Origin: Methanotrichaceae archaeon | Lineage (GTDB): Archaea; Halobacteriota; Methanosarcinia; Methanotrichales; Methanotrichaceae | Direction: 5' to 3' | Assembly: GCA_022865315.1 (NCBI GenBank) | Contig: JALHSR010000285.1 | Coordinates: forward strand, 1,626 to 65,625 | Length of the DNA stretch: 64,000 bases | Part shown: in pieces, positions 48,529-59,852 of the stretch | Layout of the letters: every line of letters starts with the position of its first letter | Position numbering within the stretch: the stretch's first letter is position 1 | Position numbers and translations under genes: made by a program | Notes under the pieces: generated by a model | Seen by the model: the letters and a program-made list of their open reading frames with translations, nothing else | What the model was told of the DNA's origin: nothing | The model's database searches: none

Positions 48529-49818
48529 TTGGCAGAGATGGCGAATTCCATGACTGGCAAGACACTGTCTGAGAAGATATTTTCGAGAGCGGCAAAGAAG
48601 GAATCGAGGGCTGGTGAGTTTGTCACGGCGAGAATAGATCGGGCCATGATCCATGATATAACGGGGCCCTTGGCTGTAAAGGGTTTCTATGAAATAGCCG
48701 GCAGGAATGCTAAAGTTTGGGATCCTAGCAAAGTAGTTGTTATCTTTGATCATCAGGTACCGGCAGATAGCTTGAAGGCAGCTGAGAACCACCTTATGCT
48801 CAGAAAGTTTTCACAAGAACAGGGCATTATTAATTATGATGTATTCTGTGGCGTATGTCATCAAGTCATGCCTGAGAAAGGGCATGTCCTGCCTGGAGAG
48901 ATCATAGTCGGCACGGATTCGCATACATGTACTTATGGGGCATTCGGTGCGTTTGCCACTGGAATTGGCTCAACGGATATGGCCTCGATATTTGCTACCG
49001 GAAGGTTATGGTTTATGATTCCCAAGACGCTGCAACTTGAGATTGAAGGTAGATTGCCCAGTCTTGTCACCTCTAAAGATATAATTCTTCGAATTATAGG
49101 TGATATTGGGGCAGATGGAGCGAACTATCTGGCTTGCGAGTTTCGAGGCAAGGTCGTCTCAAGAATGGATATAGCCTCGCGTATGACAATGAGTAATATG
49201 GCTATTGAAATGGGTGCTAAAGCGGGAATTGTGGACCCAGATGATATTACCATCAAATATCTGAAGCAGCACGCTTTGGATAAGGATGCAATAGCAAAGA
49301 ATATTGAAGTTACCGATGAGGCTGCTGAGGTCACCCGCAGATTCTGGACTGTGAGCGACCTCGAGCCCCAGGTATCAATGCCGCATAATGTGGATAACGT
49401 GAGGCCAATTAGTGAGATTCCCGAAACTAGGATCAACCAGGTATTTTTGGGCTCCTGTACGAACGGTAGATTCGAAGATCTTGAACTAGCTTGTAATACA
49501 ATGAAAGGAGAGTCTGTAGCTAAAGGAGTGAGGCTAATCGTAGTACCTGCTAGTCGTGAAGAATACTTGAAAGCTCTACGAGCAGGTCTTATTGAGAAAT
49601 TCATGGAAGCTGGAGCAATTGTTGAATCCGCTTGTTGTGGACCATGCATGGGCGGAAGCTTCGGCTTATTGGGACCGGGCGAAGTTTGCCTTTCTACATC
49701 CAATAGGAACTTTGTTGGTCGCCAAGGGAGCCCTGAAGCCTTAGTCTATCTAGCATCGCCAGCAACTGCCGGAGCTAGCGCCATAACAGGATTTATCACC
49801 GATCCTAGAGAGATCTAG
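48529..49818 (+). CDS. leuC: 3-isopropylmalate dehydratase/homoaconitase large subunit (LeuC/AksD family)
   Basis: [51 protein letters not shown]. LeuC and AksD cannot be distinguished by eye. Confidence 0.85.
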   Translation: MAEMANSMTGKTLSEKIFSRAAKKESRAGEFVTARIDRAMIHDITGPLAVKGFYEIAGRNAKVWDPSKVVVIFDHQVPADSLKAAENHLMLRKFSQEQGIINYDVFCGVCHQVMPEKGHVLPGEIIVGTDSHTCTYGAFGAFATGIGSTDMASIFATGRLWFMIPKTLQLEIEGRLPSLVTSKDIILRIIGDIGADGANYLACEFRGKVVSRMDIASRMTMSNMAIEMGAKAGIVDPDDITIKYLKQHALDKDAIAKNIEVTDEAAEVTRRFWTVSDLEPQVSMPHNVDNVRPISEIPETRINQVFLGSCTNGRFEDLELACNTMKGESVAKGVRLIVVPASREEYLKALRAGLIEKFMEAGAIVESACCGPCMGGSFGLLGPGEVCLSTSNRNFVGRQGSPEALVYLASPATAGASAITGFITDPREI

Positions 49819-49838
49819 ATCCTGTTTCATACATTTCC

Positions 49839-50636
49839 ATGAAGGTTGCGCTAAAGCTCGCTTACCTGGGCGACAAATACTACGGATTCCAGCATCAACC
49901 TAATCTTATCACGGTGGAATCTGAACTCCGTAAAGCTTTGCATCGAATCGGCGTCATAAACGGCGATTTTTGTTATGCGGGGCGCACGGATAGGGGAGTA
50001 AGCGCTTTGGGTCAAGTTATTGACTTCTGGATAGACGATGATAAGGCTCATTTGGCAATACCAAGGTGCATCAATGGTCGTCTTCCTCGTGACATTTGGG
50101 CTTGGGCATATGCCATTGTTCCAGTCGGATTCAGTGCCCGCTGGAATGCGTTATGGCGGGAATATCGTTATATCCTGTGGAATAATGGTCTAGATTTGGA
50201 TCGAATGCGAGAAGCCGCAGAATTTTTGAAAGGTGAGCACGACTTTCGGAACTTCTCATCCTGCAAGAATGATACTATTCGCAATATCCTAAAATTGGAG
50301 ATATCCACGAATAATGGGCTAATTGTTTTTGATATTAGAGCAGATGGGTTTTTGTGGAGTATGGTTCGCAAGATAGTATGCGCTTTGGAGTTGGTTGGTT
50401 CTGTGGATCGGGATCCAAATTGGATTCATGACTTGCTTGATCCAACATTGAACAAAGGTTCTCCAACGGCTCTTGCAGAGGGTCTTATACTAATGGATGT
50501 AGGTTACGATGCTCTCGAGTGGATAATGGACGATTACTCCCGAAAACGAGCAATAAATAATCTAGATGCAATAGTAAAAAGGCGTATGTCGTCAGCCAAT
50601 GTGGCGGAGTCGCTGCGAATGGCAATGAAAAAATAG
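49839..50636 (+). CDS. truA: tRNA pseudouridine(38-40) synthase
   Basis: AYLG..Y.GFQ.QP, AGRTDRGVSA.GQ, GEHDFRNF, FLW.MVRKIV. Confidence 0.93.
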   Translation: MKVALKLAYLGDKYYGFQHQPNLITVESELRKALHRIGVINGDFCYAGRTDRGVSALGQVIDFWIDDDKAHLAIPRCINGRLPRDIWAWAYAIVPVGFSARWNALWREYRYILWNNGLDLDRMREAAEFLKGEHDFRNFSSCKNDTIRNILKLEISTNNGLIVFDIRADGFLWSMVRKIVCALELVGSVDRDPNWIHDLLDPTLNKGSPTALAEGLILMDVGYDALEWIMDDYSRKRAINNLDAIVKRRMSSANVAESLRMAMKK

Positions 50637-50830
50637 CTACATTATATTATATTAAATTCAAGAAGAAAAATTATTCAGATTTCGATCTTCACAGCCATCT
50701 CGTTGAGGCGCTAATAAACACATTTTATGTAGCATATTTCGCATTTGGAGTTGTTTGTGCAAATATTTGCATCTCACCAACTGACGTATCAATTCTAATT
50801 AAACTCTCAATTTATTTTTTTTTTAAAAAA

Positions 50831-51844
50831 TTATAAAATTATCTCTATATCTAATTCCTCTGCTAGCTCTTTATATCTGTTCCTAATAGTAACCTCAGTT
50901 ACTCCTGCAACATCCGCTACTTCACGTTGCGTTCTCCGGTCATTGCAAAGGATAGAAGCAATATAGATGGCTGCGGCTGCCACTCCAGTAGGACCTCGCC
51001 CGCTAGTAAGCTCTTTTTCGGCAGCCTGGCGAAGAATCTCGATGCCTTTGGCCTGCACATCACCCTTAAGACTGAGGCCAGAGCAGAATCTGGGAATGTA
51101 ATCGATGGGACTGGTCGGCATTAGTTTGAGAGATAGTTCTCTAGATACAAACCTATAGGTTCGTCCGATCTCTTTTCGTGATACTCTAGAAACTTCAGCT
51201 ATTTCATCAAGGGTACGCGGGACATTGCATTGCCGACAGGCTGCATAAAGTGCCGCTGCTGCTACACCTTCTATGCTTCGGCCTCGAATTAGATTTTTAT
51301 CTACTGCCTTGCGATAAACCACAGCAGCAGTCTCTCGCACATTTCTAGATAGACCCAATGCCGATGCCATTCTATCCAATTCTGAAAGTGCGAAGGCTAG
51401 ATTTCGTTCAGTTGCATTGCTTACACGAATCCGCCTCTGCCACTTTCTAAGCCTATAAAGCTGAGCTCTATTCTTGGAGGATATAGTCTTTCCATAGGAG
51501 TCCCGGTTCCTCCAATCGATCATTGTGGAGAGTCCTTTATCGTGGATCGTGTAGGTCATGGGAGCACCTACTCTTGATCTCTTCATTCGCTGATCATGGT
51601 CAAAGGCCCTCCATTCAGGCCCCTGGTCAATGAAGTTCTCGTCGATGACCAAACCGCATTCAGCGCAAACTAGCTCTGCTCGTTCATAATCTCTAACGAG
51701 AGTATGGCTTTCGCATTCAGGACATTCGACAGTGAATTTTTCGAACTCATCCACCTTTTCCTTTTCGCGTTTAAGCCGAATCTTCTCCTTTATCTTCTCC
51801 TGCTCGGTCCTCTCTATCTCGCGAATCCTCTCTATTTCTTCCAC
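50831..51844 (-). CDS. tfb: Transcription initiation factor IIB
   Basis: CPEC..CAECG Zn ribbon, GPEWRAF, HDKGLST, two cyclin repeats, [14 protein letters not shown]. Confidence 0.97.
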   Translation of the reverse strand: MEEIERIREIERTEQEKIKEKIRLKREKEKVDEFEKFTVECPECESHTLVRDYERAELVCAECGLVIDENFIDQGPEWRAFDHDQRMKRSRVGAPMTYTIHDKGLSTMIDWRNRDSYGKTISSKNRAQLYRLRKWQRRIRVSNATERNLAFALSELDRMASALGLSRNVRETAAVVYRKAVDKNLIRGRSIEGVAAAALYAACRQCNVPRTLDEIAEVSRVSRKEIGRTYRFVSRELSLKLMPTSPIDYIPRFCSGLSLKGDVQAKGIEILRQAAEKELTSGRGPTGVAAAAIYIASILCNDRRTQREVADVAGVTEVTIRNRYKELAEELDIEIIL

Positions 51845-52119
51845 TTATTATCTCTCCTCGACGTATCCTCGATGTAGAGATTTTTTCCGATGAAAATCGT
51901 GGCATCTATGCCTTTTTTCGGCTTAACAATGATGTATGGGTGCTTTAATGGTCCAAAAATATCAAAAACCTGGCCAACCCCTTTTCTATTTTGGTCGATA
52001 ACTATAACATTATTTCTTGGAGAAACCCAACATTCACTTTTTTCCACAGGCTCGCCACGTACAATTATCCTATTCTGAACAACATGAAGTGCGTTACCCA
52101 GCCTTTTCAATTGATTCAA
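51832..52119 (-). CDS. gar1: Gar1/Naf1 family H/ACA RNP protein
   Basis: LKRLG..LH, VG.VFDIFGP...PY..VKP; conserved gar1-tfb linkage. Confidence 0.85.
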   Translation of the reverse strand: MNQLKRLGNALHVVQNRIIVRGEPVEKSECWVSPRNNVIVIDQNRKGVGQVFDIFGPLKHPYIIVKPKKGIDATIFIGKNLYIEDTSRRDNKWKK

Positions 52120-52222
52120 CCCTTTAAGTGGGGAGTAACTTATATTTAAACTTTACGAAATCATTATATGTAATATCTCTTCAAGGGAAACCTAAAAGTC
52201 CAGGCGCATTTACTTTATCGGT

Positions 52223-53122
52223 ATGTTTGAAGAGCTGCCATCAGTTCCCAAGTCGCAGGAGCTTCTCGATAAAGCCTTTCGACGTGCCTCTCGATACGCC
52301 AAAAATGATAGATCCTCTGTCATGGTAGCCGGGAATATTCTCTCAGATAACTTGGCAAATCTGATTAGGAAGTTCCCATCCTTAGAAAACCTTCCCCCCT
52401 TCTATAGAGATATTGTGGACATAATTGTAGGCATTGATATCCTGCGTATCAAACTTTCTAGGCTAAATTGGGCATCAAGGCAAATAAGAGAGATCACTCG
52501 GGTTTCCCTAAATGATATGAAGCGTCAGGGCGAAAATTCCATTTACAAGAGAGCTGCCTTCGGTCGAATGTCCTCAGTTATCGGATCGATTAAAAAGGAC
52601 TTGGAATTTTTGAATGAAGCCCGCGAAAAATTGCGGTGGATTCCTGCTATCGATCCTGAACTGCCCACAATCTTAATTGCGGGTTATCCTAATGTTGGCA
52701 AGTCGAGTTTCATCCTGCAAGTGACTGATGCAAAACCAGAGGTTGCAACCTATCCTTTCACAACAAAAAGTATTCAAGTTGGCCATTTCATCCAAAATCA
52801 CCAAAAATATCAAGTAGTAGATACTCCTGGTCTACTCGATAGACCTTTTGAGGACAGAAATGAGATAGAGCGCCAAGCTATTGCGGCTCTTCAACATTTA
52901 AAAGGTGTGGTACTTTTCATTATAGATCCCAGCGGGCATTCGGGTTTCCCACTGGAGCCACAGCTACGACTAGTTGAGTGCATTGATAATTTTATTGAGC
53001 TTCCCGTCTTAGTTGTGTCAAATAAATCGGATTTGGCAACTTACCGAAATGGCATCAGCATGTCCACTTTGACTGGAGAAGGTGTCTATGAGGTTCTGGG
53101 GCAACTAACGGCTCTTCTTTGA
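52223..53122 (+). CDS. NOG1-family GTP-binding protein
   Basis: ELLDKAFRRA, GYPNVGKSS, YPFTTK, DTPGLLDRP..RN.IE, NKSD. Confidence 0.92.
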   Translation: MFEELPSVPKSQELLDKAFRRASRYAKNDRSSVMVAGNILSDNLANLIRKFPSLENLPPFYRDIVDIIVGIDILRIKLSRLNWASRQIREITRVSLNDMKRQGENSIYKRAAFGRMSSVIGSIKKDLEFLNEAREKLRWIPAIDPELPTILIAGYPNVGKSSFILQVTDAKPEVATYPFTTKSIQVGHFIQNHQKYQVVDTPGLLDRPFEDRNEIERQAIAALQHLKGVVLFIIDPSGHSGFPLEPQLRLVECIDNFIELPVLVVSNKSDLATYRNGISMSTLTGEGVYEVLGQLTALL

Positions 53123-53123
53123 T

Positions 53124-53525
53124 CTAGGCGGACTGTTTGATCATATATCTTACAAGCTCTGGAGAAAGCCTTGTCTCTTTCGAAATAGTGCTGGCAATTT
53201 CTATTGTCTCGGCACCATTTTCCTGAAGCTGCTTGATCCTATTCAAGACTCCTTCGTTTACCATGTAATATTCGTTTATATCCTTTCGATGACCCCAGAC
53301 GTCTCCTTCGATAAGCTCTACACCCTGCATATCTAGGAACATTTCACTCGCTCTTGATAGAGTTTTGCGATAAGAGGCTGGAACCTGAATTGCCCTGAGC
53401 CTTGGACAATTCTGAAATAACCTAAAAATGTCGGTGTTGGAAGCCCTAAATGCTAAATGAACCATTTGTTCATTTTTGCTAACCTCACCAATCTCACTTT
53501 TTGAACTTACAACTCTAAGTTTCAA
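53124..53525 (-). CDS. DUF1699 family protein
   Basis: MKLRVVSS, VHLAFR.SN.D, CPRL..IQVP.SY, EGDVWGHRKDINEYY. Confidence 0.88.
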   Translation of the reverse strand: MKLRVVSSKSEIGEVSKNEQMVHLAFRASNTDIFRLFQNCPRLRAIQVPASYRKTLSRASEMFLDMQGVELIEGDVWGHRKDINEYYMVNEGVLNRIKQLQENGAETIEIASTISKETRLSPELVRYMIKQSA

Positions 53526-53855
53526 TTTCGGTCACCACTCTTTTAAGTCTCACTGACTACAAATTTTGGTTATTAGCTTTCTAGCTTATATGTTCTGTGG
53601 TGTTCAGGCAATATTGCTATAATCGAGCAATAATATCAAAAACTTGTATAAGACATAAAATTTGTCTTTTAATAAATATTTTATCTTTAATCCATTTAGC
53701 TTTGATCCTTTTTAGATTTGTTCGTTAATTAATTTTTTGAATTTGCTGCTTCAATCTTTGTACTAAAAATTCTCACTTGCCATTTCCTAAGCTTCTAGAC
53801 TTCGAACACATGAGTTCTATCATATTTAATTAATATTACACATATTATCTTTTAA

Positions 53856-54461
53856 TTAAAAAATATATTTAGCCGCATTATATTTATTAGACTTTTGTTT
53901 CGCGATCTGTATCTTTATCACATAAAGTTCCTCGAAAAAATATCTTGCTCTAGCCATCTCGCTGATTTCTAAGCCTTCAACTATAGCTTTTTCTTTCACT
54001 TCGGCCATGCCGCTTAGGCTCGAAATCAACAGCAACGATCTGCCTTTTGGAGAAAGATTTTCATTGATCTGCTCTAGGAACCGGAAGATGGTCTCTCTCC
54101 CGTTCTCTCCACCATCAAGAGCCTGGTTTATCCATTTTCTGGACTTTTCTTCTGGTGCAGTAGGTAAATAGGGGGGATTGAAGATTATTAAGTCAAATTT
54201 AGCTTTAAATCCTCTCAAAAGGTCAGCCATTACAGTAGGGATGTTGTAATGTTTCGCAATTCTCAATGCAGAGGGATTGATGTCGGTGGCTATGATGCAT
54301 TTTACTTTATCGGCAATCTCTCGTGAAATGAGCGCTCTCCCACATCCAATTTCGATTGCTTTATCACAGGATTTTGCCTCTTTAAGTGTAACCTTAAGCA
54401 ATAGGAATGTGTCTTCAGCAGGTTTATAGACTTCTTCTTCTGATTTCGATTCTTGTTCCAT
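53856..54461 (-). CDS. HemK2/MTQ2-like protein methyltransferase
   Basis: VYKPAEDTFLL, EIGCG, DIN, FNPPYLP, ALDGG..GR, FFEEL. Confidence 0.9.
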   Translation of the reverse strand: MEQESKSEEEVYKPAEDTFLLLKVTLKEAKSCDKAIEIGCGRALISREIADKVKCIIATDINPSALRIAKHYNIPTVMADLLRGFKAKFDLIIFNPPYLPTAPEEKSRKWINQALDGGENGRETIFRFLEQINENLSPKGRSLLLISSLSGMAEVKEKAIVEGLEISEMARARYFFEELYVIKIQIAKQKSNKYNAAKYIF

Positions 54462-54466
54462 TATTT

Positions 54467-55294
54467 CTAGTTATTATTGAGCTGATTCTGAGTTAATCTT
54501 TCTCGATACAGATCCTCAACAAATGAGCATATATCACCTAGGATTAACGGATCATTTAACCAAATCCCTGCTTCATAATTATCCTCCATACCTCCCTTTG
54601 TCAGATTGGCCGAGGTAATTATGGCCTCTTTCCTATCTACAATGTAAAGCTTGGCATGAAGTTGCTTTACTAGCACTGTTTCTCCCCCCAAATCACTTAT
54701 TTCTCTCCTTAAATCGTCACCTATACCTGTGGAGAAATCTGATTCACACCCCCTCATGAAAACCTTCAATGTGCCTCCGCTTCTAATGAATTTATTCAGT
54801 ATACCTTTTAGCCCATCCCATGTTTGCCTTTTTATCCAAGGAGAGACTATGAGAATTTCATATTCAGCTTTTTTCAACAATTGATTCAATTTCTTCTCAA
54901 TTCCTAGTAATCTTGTTGGATTGAATGTCGTCAGGAAGATAAAATTGGATTCTGTGCGAGATGCTTCTATAAAATTCTCCAATTGTTCTAACCTCTTGAG
55001 AGAAAAGTAATCTTGGGCGGTTTTAATCGACTTTAGCTCTTCTTCAAGCGCTTCAGATCTCCTCTTATATTTTAACAGTATGGTGGAATTTCGCTCTAAC
55101 CTGTCAATTTCCTTTTTATGATCATGCAGATCTGCTCGTAGATTTAAAATAATTGTGTTAAGATTGATATTTTCTTTTTGCAGCCGTTTATACCGATCAT
55201 CTTTCAACTGAATAAATGTCATCCCTATTATGACCAGCGATAAAAAGGCTAATCCAGCAAGATAATCGCTCATCAATAAACGATTTGATAACAA
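54467..55294 (-). CDS. Membrane-anchored single-HKD phospholipase D/nuclease-family protein
   Basis: N-terminal TM helix, coiled coil, IVSPWI, LHAKLYIVD...IITSANLT..G...NYEAG. Confidence 0.8.
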   Translation of the reverse strand: MLSNRLLMSDYLAGLAFLSLVIIGMTFIQLKDDRYKRLQKENINLNTIILNLRADLHDHKKEIDRLERNSTILLKYKRRSEALEEELKSIKTAQDYFSLKRLEQLENFIEASRTESNFIFLTTFNPTRLLGIEKKLNQLLKKAEYEILIVSPWIKRQTWDGLKGILNKFIRSGGTLKVFMRGCESDFSTGIGDDLRREISDLGGETVLVKQLHAKLYIVDRKEAIITSANLTKGGMEDNYEAGIWLNDPLILGDICSFVEDLYRERLTQNQLNNN

Positions 55295-55386
55295 ATATAT
55301 ATAGATAACGTAATGAATATGCTATTATATATAGTATCATTATTGAATCCCAGAAAAATAAAGTAATGTATGGGGGATTGAGCTAT

Positions 55387-57054
55387 CTAGAACATACCTG
55401 GCATGCCCATACCGCCCATGCCACCCATGCCCATGCCGGGCATACCGCCCATCCTGCCACCACCAATTCCTTCATCTTCTTTCTTCTTTGTGGAAGCCAG
55501 GACATCATCCACTTTGAGGATAAGTGTTGCCGCATCTGCAGCTGATAATATAGCCTGCAACTTTACACGTATGGGTTCCACAACACCCAATTTGTACATG
55601 TCCTCAATATGGCCTGAGTAGGCGTTCAAACCTGCATTCTTTTCTTTCTCATGTGCGCTTTTCAGCTCGACAAGTTTGTCTATTGGATTAAAGCCTGCAT
55701 TTTCTGCAAGCGTCTTTGGTATGATTTCGATCGCCTCGGCATATTTAAAGACCGCTAACTGTTCCCGTCCTTTGAGCTTAGAAGCAAACTCACGGAGCCT
55801 AATAGATATCTCAATTTCTGTTGCCCCTCCTCCAGGAACAATCTTGCCATCTTCAACTACATCGGTCACTGCATGCATAGCATCGTCAAGACTTCTCTCC
55901 AAATCGTCTAGGACCTGTTGGGTGCCGCCTCTTAGCAACAAAGTCACCGCTGGGTTCTTAGTTCCAGTGACGAAGGTCAAAACTCCTTTACCAATTCTTT
56001 TTTCTTCCACAACATCGGCTGTACCCAGATCGGTGGGTGTAAGTTCATCTAAGCTAGTTATGATTTCTGCTCCGGTGGCTTTAGCGAGCTTCTCCAAGTC
56101 GCTTTTGATAACCCGGCGAAGGGCAAGAATACCTGCATCTGCTAAATAATGCTGAGCAAGGTCGTCAATACCCTTTTGGCAGAAGACAACGTTAGCCCCA
56201 CTGGCAATGACCTTATCGGCTACGGCTTTTATGGTTTGTTTCTCGTGCTCCATGAAAAGTTCGATTTGATCGGAACTGGTAATTTTATATTCAGCCTTCG
56301 TTTCTGTATCCTTTGCCTCGATGGGTGCGCTTAGTAGAGCGATCTTGGCTTTCTCAATCCTGCGAGGCATATTGCTGTGCACTATCTCCTTATCAATAAC
56401 TATTCCCTGGATCATCTCGGAGTCCTGAACGCTTTCGCCGACTTTCTTCTCAACATTGGCCTTATCTAAATCCACGACTTTTTTGCCATTAAATATCTCC
56501 ATTGCATTGAGTACAAGATCTACTGCATATGCTGCGATCCTGCTGTCAGGAGATTCGGCCATCTTTCCGGTTATAGCGGTTCTGGATACCATCTCAAGGA
56601 TGTTCCTGTTTTTCTCCGAGGCATCCATAGAAATAGACTTGAGAATTTCGATGGCCTTTTCTGATGCAATCCTGTAACCGTTGACTATGACTGTAGGGTG
56701 AACATTCTGAGAAATCAAGTCCTCGGCTTTCTTTAGCAGCTCCCCCGTTAATATCGCAACTGTAGTTGTACCATCTCCAGCTTCCTTATCTTGAGTTTTG
56801 GCAGCTTCGATAAGCATCTTAGCCGCAGGATGTTGAACATCCATTTCCTTCAATATGGTTGCACCATCGTTACTTATCGTTACTTCGCCAATGGAGTCCA
56901 CGAGTAGCTTATCCATGCCTTTCGGGCCCAATGTGCTTCGAACAGCATTGGCTACAGCACGAGCGGCCATGATATTGTTGGAAATGGCCTCCCTTCCTGT
57001 ATCCCTTCGCGTATCCTTCAAAATGATTATCGGCATACCGCCTAATCCTGCCAT
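55387..57054 (-). CDS. Thermosome (group II chaperonin) subunit
   Basis: [37 protein letters not shown]-rich tail; start set at ATG 57054 after GGAGG RBS. Confidence 0.96.
   Translation of the reverse strand: MAGLGGMPIIILKDTRRDTGREAISNNIMAARAVANAVRSTLGPKGMDKLLVDSIGEVTISNDGATILKEMDVQHPAAKMLIEAAKTQDKEAGDGTTTVAILTGELLKKAEDLISQNVHPTVIVNGYRIASEKAIEILKSISMDASEKNRNILEMVSRTAITGKMAESPDSRIAAYAVDLVLNAMEIFNGKKVVDLDKANVEKKVGESVQDSEMIQGIVIDKEIVHSNMPRRIEKAKIALLSAPIEAKDTETKAEYKITSSDQIELFMEHEKQTIKAVADKVIASGANVVFCQKGIDDLAQHYLADAGILALRRVIKSDLEKLAKATGAEIITSLDELTPTDLGTADVVEEKRIGKGVLTFVTGTKNPAVTLLLRGGTQQVLDDLERSLDDAMHAVTDVVEDGKIVPGGGATEIEISIRLREFASKLKGREQLAVFKYAEAIEIIPKTLAENAGFNPIDKLVELKSAHEKEKNAGLNAYSGHIEDMYKLGVVEPIRVKLQAILSAADAATLILKVDDVLASTKKKEDEGIGGGRMGGMPGMGMGGMGGMGMPGMF
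55393..55464 (-). repeat. Low-complexity GGM-coding tail of the thermosome
   Basis: Repeated gcccat/accgcccat units encoding [23 protein letters not shown]. Confidence 0.8.
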
Positions 57055-57098
57055 AAGCTTGATCCTCCTCTGAATTCTCAGGTTCACAGTATTTGGTC

Positions 57099-57116
57099 TT
57101 CTATAAAAGGTTTCCG
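57099..57116 (-). promoter_or_regulatory. Thermosome promoter with heat-shock-type TATA flanks
   Basis: Minus strand CGGAAACCTTTTATAGAA about 45 bp upstream of the ATG, resembling the CGAA..TTTATA-GAA arrangement of haloarchaeal cct promoters. Confidence 0.55.
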
Positions 57117-57192
57117 CTGACCATAATATGCATTGCCTTTCCAAAAATTTGAGCAAACGATGTTTTATCTATTGAAATCAAATGCATTATGG

Positions 57193-57948
57193 ATGGACGA
57201 TAATGTAACAGCGAGGTTTTGGGAGATAGATTTTTTGCGTGGACTTGCTGTTTTCATGATGGTATCATTTCATGTGATATTCGATCTTGACTATTTTGGA
57301 ATTCACAGCTTTAATTTAGACACTGGTTTTTGGTTCTATTTTTCAAGGTTGACTGCATCAATTTTTATTTTATTGGTTGGAATATCTCTGGTTCTTAGCT
57401 ATTTTAAGGCTTGTAAACTTGGTACTGATAAGGGATTTGTGTTCAAACTTCTTGCAAGAGGATCAAAGATTTTCTTCCTCGGGCTGATCATAACTCTAAT
57501 TACTTATCTTTTCATTGGAAATGGCTTTATTGTCTTCGGCGCATTGCATTTCATTGGGATATCTATTATCATTTCTTACCTTTTTTTACGTTTTTATATT
57601 TTTAATCTAATATTAGGTTTAGTTATAGTTTCAATAGGATTAAACATGCAGGAACATGCATTTGATTTTCCCTGGTTATTCTGGTCGGGATTATCATTTA
57701 ATCGCTTCTACACTCTGGATTTCTTTCCACTTTTTCCATGGTTCGGTGTAGTGCTAATTGGCATTTTTCTAGGTACTTATTTTTATGATAGCTATGAAAG
57801 AAGGTTTAGGGTGCCTGAATTGTCAGGCCTATTGCCGATTAGGTCATTGCAGATTTTGGGAAAAAACTCTCTATTGATATACCTAGTCCATCAGCCCATT
57901 ATTATTGCTGTTATCTACCCGATTGGCAATTGGGGAAATCTATGTTAA
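57193..57948 (+). CDS. DUF1624/heparan-alpha-glucosaminide N-acetyltransferase-like membrane protein
   Basis: RFWEIDFLRGLA..MM..FH..FD, F..LVGISL, FGALHFIG, DFFPLFPWFG, LGKNSL.IYLVHQP. Confidence 0.85.
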   Translation: MDDNVTARFWEIDFLRGLAVFMMVSFHVIFDLDYFGIHSFNLDTGFWFYFSRLTASIFILLVGISLVLSYFKACKLGTDKGFVFKLLARGSKIFFLGLIITLITYLFIGNGFIVFGALHFIGISIIISYLFLRFYIFNLILGLVIVSIGLNMQEHAFDFPWLFWSGLSFNRFYTLDFFPLFPWFGVVLIGIFLGTYFYDSYERRFRVPELSGLLPIRSLQILGKNSLLIYLVHQPIIIAVIYPIGNWGNLC

Positions 57949-58289
57949 GGACGATATTGAATTAAGATTTCTATCCATGCTGAAGCGAGTTGAGAGAACT
58001 CATCGAATAACCATTAATTAATTTTCTGGACAATAAATATTTATAATAATTATGTTTTGTAGCTCTTTCCTGTCCGTTCTAAGTGCTTAATAGACGCTAA
58101 AATGCAATATAGGAAATTCATTCTTTTCATCTTAATATGGAGAGATTAAGTCAGTATGGCAAAGCCTGATGACACAGAGCTGGTTGACATTCTTAGATAT
58201 TTCGGATTTTGTTTGTTCAAGGAACGTTAGTAGTCTAGAGCTATTCTCTAGCTTTCCAGAAGTATTTTGATTGGACAATTTTGAAGATT

Positions 58290-58557
58290 CTATCTTATCC
58301 ATTCGTAGCCCTGGCATTGGTCTATATATGCTACACATCTCGGGGTAAGTTTGTACCGTCCAATCATCTCGCACCAATAGCATTGCGCGCTCTAAAAGCG
58401 CCAGATGCTCATTAAGCTCATGCTCTTGCAGCTCAAGCTCATTCCGAAGCTCTTCCTTTATCTTAAGATCTAAATCTATTAGCTCCAAAATCTTTATCCT
58501 TATTCCGTCCTTAAGGGCGATCTTCTCAAGATCGCTGATTTGGCTGGCTCGGACCAC
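58290..58557 (-). pseudogene. Small winged-helix (ArsR-like) protein with a +1 frameshift
   Basis: ALKDGIRIKILELI..ELNEHLALLERAMLL; removing one base at 58362 restores ..DDGRYKLTPRCVAYIDQCQGYEWIR* (88 aa). Confidence 0.6.
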
Positions 58558-58998
58558 AATGTCTCCATAAACCTATCCTCGAATGCAAATTTGGACAATT
58601 ATTATTTTTCCATGATTCGTTTATCAACTTTTTCCGTCTTTTCTAGTCTTGATTCTTTTCTGGTCTTGATATTCCAGATTGGCTCCATTATAATAAGCTT
58701 GAAGCATGATGATTACTCTGAGTTAATCTTGATATTTCAGGGAATAGCCCCCTTAGTCATAACGCTAAGCGATTTCAATGTGTAATCGCATGTATTATTC
58801 GTTGAATTCCTCAGATTTCCTGATAATCCAAAGTTTTGCCCCAACCTCTCAAGAAAATTTATTATTTTTTTTAGTATCAACTCTCGAATATAGATTGCCT
58901 AGGAAATAAATATGAGGATGAATTTATCTTTTCATAAATTATTTTTTTGCCGAGGTTTATATATATCTCCAATTGGTATTACAATTCTTGGTGAATTA

Positions 58999-59643
58999 AT
59001 GGGATTGGTTTTCAAAGAAGTTTACGATATTACTATTCTTATTAGCGAAAATATGCCTATTTATCCTGGTGATATGCCTTTTTCAAGGCAGAAGATCTCC
59101 AAGATCGTGACTGGGCAGCCTTATAATCTTTCTGCATTTAGATTCGGGGCTCACATCGGGACCCATCTGGATGCACCTACTCACTTCTTTGATTATGGCA
59201 AATCTTTGGACCAATATCCAGCTGAACGATTCTTTTTACAAACTAGTGTTGTATCAGTCCTAGAATCTGAACGCATAGAGCCTCAAGATTTAAGTGAACT
59301 CAATATAAGGAGAGGTGAGGCAGTACTATTCAGAACAGAGAATTCTCGTCGCAGTCTTCTCAGGCGAGATTTGTTTTTGGATGACTTCGTTTATATGTCA
59401 AACGAAGCTGCAGAGTTATGTGTGCAGATAGGAGTCAGTTTAGTAGGAATCGACTACTTGTCTATTGAGAAATATGGCGAAAAGTCTGCGCCTGTTCATT
59501 CAACTCTATTAGCCAATGACGTATTGATCTTAGAGGGCATTGATTTGATTGATGTTCCTGATGGCAGATTTACTCTCATCTGTCTTCCGCTAAAAATTGA
59601 GGATTCAGAGGGAGCTCCTGCACGGGCTATTCTTGTAAGGTAA
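58999..59643 (+). CDS. Cyclase family metal-dependent hydrolase (kynurenine formamidase-like)
   Basis: MPIYPGD, HIGTHLDAPTHF, GIDYLSIE, H..LL...V.ILE, LPLKI...EGAPARA; GGTGA RBS before ATG 58999. Confidence 0.88.
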   Translation: MGLVFKEVYDITILISENMPIYPGDMPFSRQKISKIVTGQPYNLSAFRFGAHIGTHLDAPTHFFDYGKSLDQYPAERFFLQTSVVSVLESERIEPQDLSELNIRRGEAVLFRTENSRRSLLRRDLFLDDFVYMSNEAAELCVQIGVSLVGIDYLSIEKYGEKSAPVHSTLLANDVLILEGIDLIDVPDGRFTLICLPLKIEDSEGAPARAILVR

Positions 59644-59852
59644 ATTATAGATTCGTTAGATTATGTCCTTAAAGCGTTGCGAATCCATATCTCTCTACTT
59701 CAAAGCCATTCCAGTAATCACAATTATGAAGTTTTATCAATAAATTACTATTACTTGCTCAATTGACAAAGACTCAAAATATTTGTTTTGAGATATTATA
59801 TGAAATTTTATAATAAGGCCATATTTTAAAAACCTTGATAACTTTGAGATAA

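Noticed and set aside
50758..50771. 14-bp palindrome TGCAAATATTTGCA
   Set aside because: Lies between convergent genes (truA/tfb) with no promoter to regulate; this length is expected by chance in 64 kb
55393..55464. GC-rich short tandem repeat
   Set aside because: Simply encodes the ordinary GGM tail of chaperonins
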